DNA from: an uncultured virus (IMG/VR IMGVR_UViG_3300014039_000035)
Lineage: Duplodnaviria > Heunggongvirae > Uroviricota > Caudoviricetes
Direction: 5' to 3' (one strand)
DNA length: 20,000 bases
IMG/VR virus record: IMGVR_UViG_3300014039_000035
The first letter of the stretch is position 1, and every line of letters begins with the position of its first letter. The notes beneath the pieces were generated by a model. That model made no database searches and was not told the DNA's origin. It saw only the letters and a list, made by a program, of their open reading frames with translations. Made by a program: the position numbers and the translations under genes. Shown here one piece after another: positions 16,681 to 20,000 of the stretch.

Positions 16681-16688
16681 TATTTTTG
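16681..16688 (+). promoter_or_regulatory. Bacteroidetes -7 promoter box (TATTTTTG) immediately before terL
   Basis: TATTTTTG-CGGT-ATG in the 38-nt gap between the nuclease gene and terL. Confidence 0.6.
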
Positions 16689-16692
16689 CGGT

Positions 16693-18435
16693 ATGTTTAG
16701 ACTTCTAAAAGAACATAAACCCTTTCCCACACAGTATGACCATATTGTGCGCAAAAATCCCACAAAAAACAGCAAGGGATATGACAAAATGGTCGGACCG
16801 GAAGGGGAGTTTTATCTTCGGGACAAAATAGACTTTGCCCCACAAAAAGGTCTTCAAGAAAACGCTTGCCGTGACGATTCTGATGTAATATTCCTTGCCG
16901 GTGCCATTCAGATGGGCAAAACATATTTGCAGATGCTCAAAGCGCTATACGGTATAGACAAACCGGGGTATTCCGGCAGGTTCATTTCAGTAAGACTGCA
17001 AGACTCGAAAAAAGGTAGCTCGCTTTATCGTGACGCCGTGGAGATATGGGGAAACTTTGCGGATTGTCAATACACATCAAGCGATTATCCGGCTTTCACT
17101 TGGCCGCAGACCAATTCAAGTATTCTGATGACGCACTCGAATTTTAATGTGGACAATCCATCGGAATACCTTGATTTTAAGGAGTTTGCCAAGAAGAATA
17201 GTGCCAGTTTTATCGCAGTGGACGAATTTTCAGACATGAGCTTCAAAATGTGGACATATTGGTTCGGGCGAAATCGCGATGCCTCTGGTATGAAACCTTG
17301 TATGATAGCGAGCTTCAATCCCGAATATCAACATTTCTCTACACAGATGCTGCTTGACGGCGGCTATATCGGGAGCGACTACTTCGTTATCCCCGAAATG
17401 GTCGGCAAGCAACGCTTCTTCTACATAGACGGTGACGAACCAGAAAACATCATCTGGGGCGACACAAGAGCGGAAGTGGCTTCAAGAGCCAATATCGTGA
17501 TAACCGAAAAGGAAGCAGCGGCGGGTATCACACCGGAGGATGTGGTCAAATCATTCAATTTCTATACTGGTGAGGCCGCTGACAACTTGAAGCTGTTGAA
17601 TGCCACAAGCGGAGGTGCAATCGCTAATATGCACGCTGTCGGTGGTACGCAAAGAAAAGTCCTTAAACAAGGCTATTTCGGACCTGTGGACAATCTGAAT
17701 CTTACGGTGTCACGAGCGATGATAAGGGACTTGTTTACGAATCCGATATACGGTGAGGAAATGTATGCCACCTTGGATGTCAGCGGTGGCGACACAAATT
17801 CCGACAACTGCCCTATGATAATCTGGGAGGGTCTGCGCATAATAGCAATAGAAATGTTCAAGGGAACGGCAAAGGAGCTTGTTGACTGGATAGGCAGGAT
17901 GCTGAAAAAATACAACGTTCCTATTTATAACTTTTGCTATGACAGTACAGGTATCGGAGGATTCTTGAAATCATATACGGCTGGCGTGCCTATTACAGCG
18001 AATAAGGCGGCTTTCCAAGAATATGATGAGAACGGCAATCCAGTCACAAGCGAATTGTTCTTCAATGTGAGGAGCCAACTTTTGGGGCGAATGAAGGTGC
18101 TAATAGAGACCGGGAAAATCAGCATAGGACTTGCGCCGGAATATCGTCTCTTATACGGCAAAAAAGGCGAGAAACAACGCCTTATAGACATTATCTATAC
18201 AGAAATGGACTTGTTTGCGGTGACAACCAAGAACAAGAGAATTTACTACGAAAGCAAGGATATTTACAAATCTCGCCATCAGAAGAACTCGCCGGACCTT
18301 ATGGACTCCATTTGCCTGCGTGCATACTGGGAGTTGGACGCCCGTCCGAAGAAGCAGCCGTCACCGGAGGTTGAGGACGACGCGTATTTCGGGCTGTACG
18401 AGCAGTGTAACGGAAGGGACGCAATTTGGATATAA
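16693..18435 (+). CDS. terL: Terminase large subunit, 580 aa
   Basis: Q-motif (APQKGLQ), Walker A (GAIQMGKT), Walker B (FIAVDE), coupling motif (ASFNP) and RNase H-like nuclease acidic motifs (YATLDVSGG..SD, CYDSTGIG, SPDLMDS); followed by the portal gene. Confidence 0.93.
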   Translation: MFRLLKEHKPFPTQYDHIVRKNPTKNSKGYDKMVGPEGEFYLRDKIDFAPQKGLQENACRDDSDVIFLAGAIQMGKTYLQMLKALYGIDKPGYSGRFISVRLQDSKKGSSLYRDAVEIWGNFADCQYTSSDYPAFTWPQTNSSILMTHSNFNVDNPSEYLDFKEFAKKNSASFIAVDEFSDMSFKMWTYWFGRNRDASGMKPCMIASFNPEYQHFSTQMLLDGGYIGSDYFVIPEMVGKQRFFYIDGDEPENIIWGDTRAEVASRANIVITEKEAAAGITPEDVVKSFNFYTGEAADNLKLLNATSGGAIANMHAVGGTQRKVLKQGYFGPVDNLNLTVSRAMIRDLFTNPIYGEEMYATLDVSGGDTNSDNCPMIIWEGLRIIAIEMFKGTAKELVDWIGRMLKKYNVPIYNFCYDSTGIGGFLKSYTAGVPITANKAAFQEYDENGNPVTSELFFNVRSQLLGRMKVLIETGKISIGLAPEYRLLYGKKGEKQRLIDIIYTEMDLFAVTTKNKRIYYESKDIYKSRHQKNSPDLMDSICLRAYWELDARPKKQPSPEVEDDAYFGLYEQCNGRDAIWI

Positions 18436-18448
18436 GTTATTGATAATT

Positions 18449-19990
18449 ATGAACGTATCAAGTTACATCAACCCTGCGAAGAAGAAGCAGTGGACAAGGC
18501 GTGTGGCGATGGACACCGCCGCCGGACAGAACATGAAGCCGGGGAGGGGCTGTGACCAGGTGGTCATGACCCAGGACGATTTCCTCAACGAGATTTCCCC
18601 GGCTGCTCACAACATCAACTCGCCGTATATGTCGAAGCGGCCAATCTACGGCCCGACTGACGAGAAGGACGCCAACGGCAAGACGAAGTGGAAGATAACC
18701 GGCTACGACGACGTGGAGACGGTTGCCCTCGGTTTGCAGGAGTGCATCATCGGGAAGAAGATTTCGCACTTCGCCTCGGACGGCTTCTGGCTCGCCAACG
18801 AGACGAAGGACAAGGAGCGCTTCGAGGTGCTGCGCTCGCAGATGGACATCACCGGTTTGAAGGAGGCGGCGTGGACGGCTCTTGTCAGAAGCGTATTCCG
18901 CACCGGGGACGGGGCGATATACCTGTACCAGACCGAGGACGGCATAGAGTACGAGGTGTACGGCTACGAGGAAGGCTCCACACTTTATCCGTTCCTTGAC
19001 GCCGAGGGTCACGAGTGCGTGGCGAGGAAGTACAAGTACGAGAACCGGGAGGCCGTGGACATCTTCACCTGCGACTATGTGGAGACATGGATGCAGTACC
19101 CCGCCGAGGAGGTCATGGGCAGGGAGCAGAGCGAGGACGGCTACACCCTTGTAAGAAGGAAGAAGAACCAGGCGGGTGCGGGTCGATGCCAGTGCATCTA
19201 TTTCCGTGTTGATGACATCCCGACAGGTCCGGCGCAGCTCAGCATAGAGTCGCTTGAGAACGCCTGCACATACCTCGGCGAGGAGTTGAAGAACAGCGCG
19301 TTCCCTATCCTCTTCTTGAAGTCCGAGAAGATAGTCAACCTGCCGCCGTCGAAGATGAACGGAAAGACCATAGGCGTCAAGGGAACGGCGGAGTCCATTC
19401 AGAACGCCGACGCCAAGTTCCTTGCTCCGCCGGACGCAAGCAACATCGCCGAGACACACCACGAGACGCTCTGGAACAACATCGTCCGCACAAGTATGTC
19501 GGCGTTCATAGAGCCGGACATCCTCAAGGCGGGTTCGGATTCAAGTACCACCATCAAGATTCTTTTCGCCCCGGAGATTCAGTGGTGCAAGAACACATGG
19601 CCGTACTTCTTCAAGGGTGTCAAGAAGATGGTCAACGTCTTCAAGGCGCTTGTCGGAAAGGTCGAGCAGGACATTGCGGGCTACGAGAGCCTCAAGGTGT
19701 CCGTGGGTCAGAACATCTGGCTTCCGCAGAACGTGTCCGAGCTTGTCAAGAACGAGTGCGACCAGGTTTACGCAAGGATAAAGTCAAGGGAGGCCGCCAT
19801 GGAAGACCTCGGTTCGGCGCACATTGACGACTACGAGACTATTCAGAAGGAATGGGAATATGAATTAGAAATAAAAAGTTCAATCCCAGCTAAATACAGC
19901 ACAACCGCCACGACAACGGTCACGGAAGAGACCAACCCCGAAAAGACACCGGTTGACAACAACGCTTCCGGAAAATCAATACAGAACTAA
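18449..19990 (+). CDS. Portal protein, 513 aa
   Basis: Start taken as ATG 18449 (MNVSSYINP) after an AT-rich leader, rather than 18320. Directly follows terL; has portal-like segments (SVFRTGDGAIYLY, AFPILFLK, DAKFLAPPDAS, SSTTIKILF, WLPQN..E, IKSREAAME). Confidence 0.85.
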   Translation: MNVSSYINPAKKKQWTRRVAMDTAAGQNMKPGRGCDQVVMTQDDFLNEISPAAHNINSPYMSKRPIYGPTDEKDANGKTKWKITGYDDVETVALGLQECIIGKKISHFASDGFWLANETKDKERFEVLRSQMDITGLKEAAWTALVRSVFRTGDGAIYLYQTEDGIEYEVYGYEEGSTLYPFLDAEGHECVARKYKYENREAVDIFTCDYVETWMQYPAEEVMGREQSEDGYTLVRRKKNQAGAGRCQCIYFRVDDIPTGPAQLSIESLENACTYLGEELKNSAFPILFLKSEKIVNLPPSKMNGKTIGVKGTAESIQNADAKFLAPPDASNIAETHHETLWNNIVRTSMSAFIEPDILKAGSDSSTTIKILFAPEIQWCKNTWPYFFKGVKKMVNVFKALVGKVEQDIAGYESLKVSVGQNIWLPQNVSELVKNECDQVYARIKSREAAMEDLGSAHIDDYETIQKEWEYELEIKSSIPAKYSTTATTTVTEETNPEKTPVDNNASGKSIQN

Positions 19991-20000
19991 AAAAAAGAAG

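Noticed and set aside
15378..16692. Group I intron or intein carrying the nuclease
   Set aside because: No interrupted host gene: terL has all ATPase and nuclease motifs in one ORF and the scaffold gene is on the other strand. No recognisable group I core or intein splice motifs.
18458..19462. 334-aa antisense ORF inside the portal gene (similar shadows at 14591-15289, 2168-2815, 2871-3200, 3301-3726)
   Set aside because: They lie opposite well-supported genes and have the Leu/Val/Arg-rich composition expected from the reverse complement of GC3-biased codons; no independent expression signals.
1..20000. CRISPR arrays, tRNA/rRNA genes, DGR reverse transcriptase or template/variable repeats
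   Set aside because: The window is almost entirely protein-coding, and I saw no regularly spaced repeats, cloverleaf sequences, RT motifs or long near-identical repeat pairs by eye. Subtle cases cannot be excluded without a computational scan.

Overview
This window is the morphogenesis region of a long-tailed (siphovirus-like) dsDNA phage or prophage. The host is most likely a Bacteroidales bacterium, inferred from four TAnnTTTG -7 promoter boxes, mostly AT-rich SD-less translation starts and Bacteroides-type tail proteins. The minus-strand operon (15307 to 1) encodes, in order: scaffold, decoration protein, major capsid, three head-tail joining proteins, tail terminator, major tail protein (followed by an intrinsic terminator), a tail-assembly chaperone with a -1 frameshift (A AAA AAG), a 1743-aa tape measure, a conserved hypothetical, a membrane-anchored coiled-coil protein, a probable Dit and a >931-aa tail tip protein. 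That last gene runs off the window and is missing from the ORF track. The plus strand is transcribed divergently from back-to-back promoters and encodes a 3x zinc-ribbon/HNH/AP2 nuclease, terminase large subunit and portal. The most notable feature is a ~95-nt structured RNA (15378-15473) between the promoter and the nuclease gene. It has two hairpins with perfectly complementary 7-nt loop sequences (kissing loops), a loop-E-like AGUA/GAA module and a terminal U-tract. The nuclease and most of terL form a low-GC block, suggesting a homing/co-conversion event. All product calls come from motif recognition and gene order; no database searches were run.
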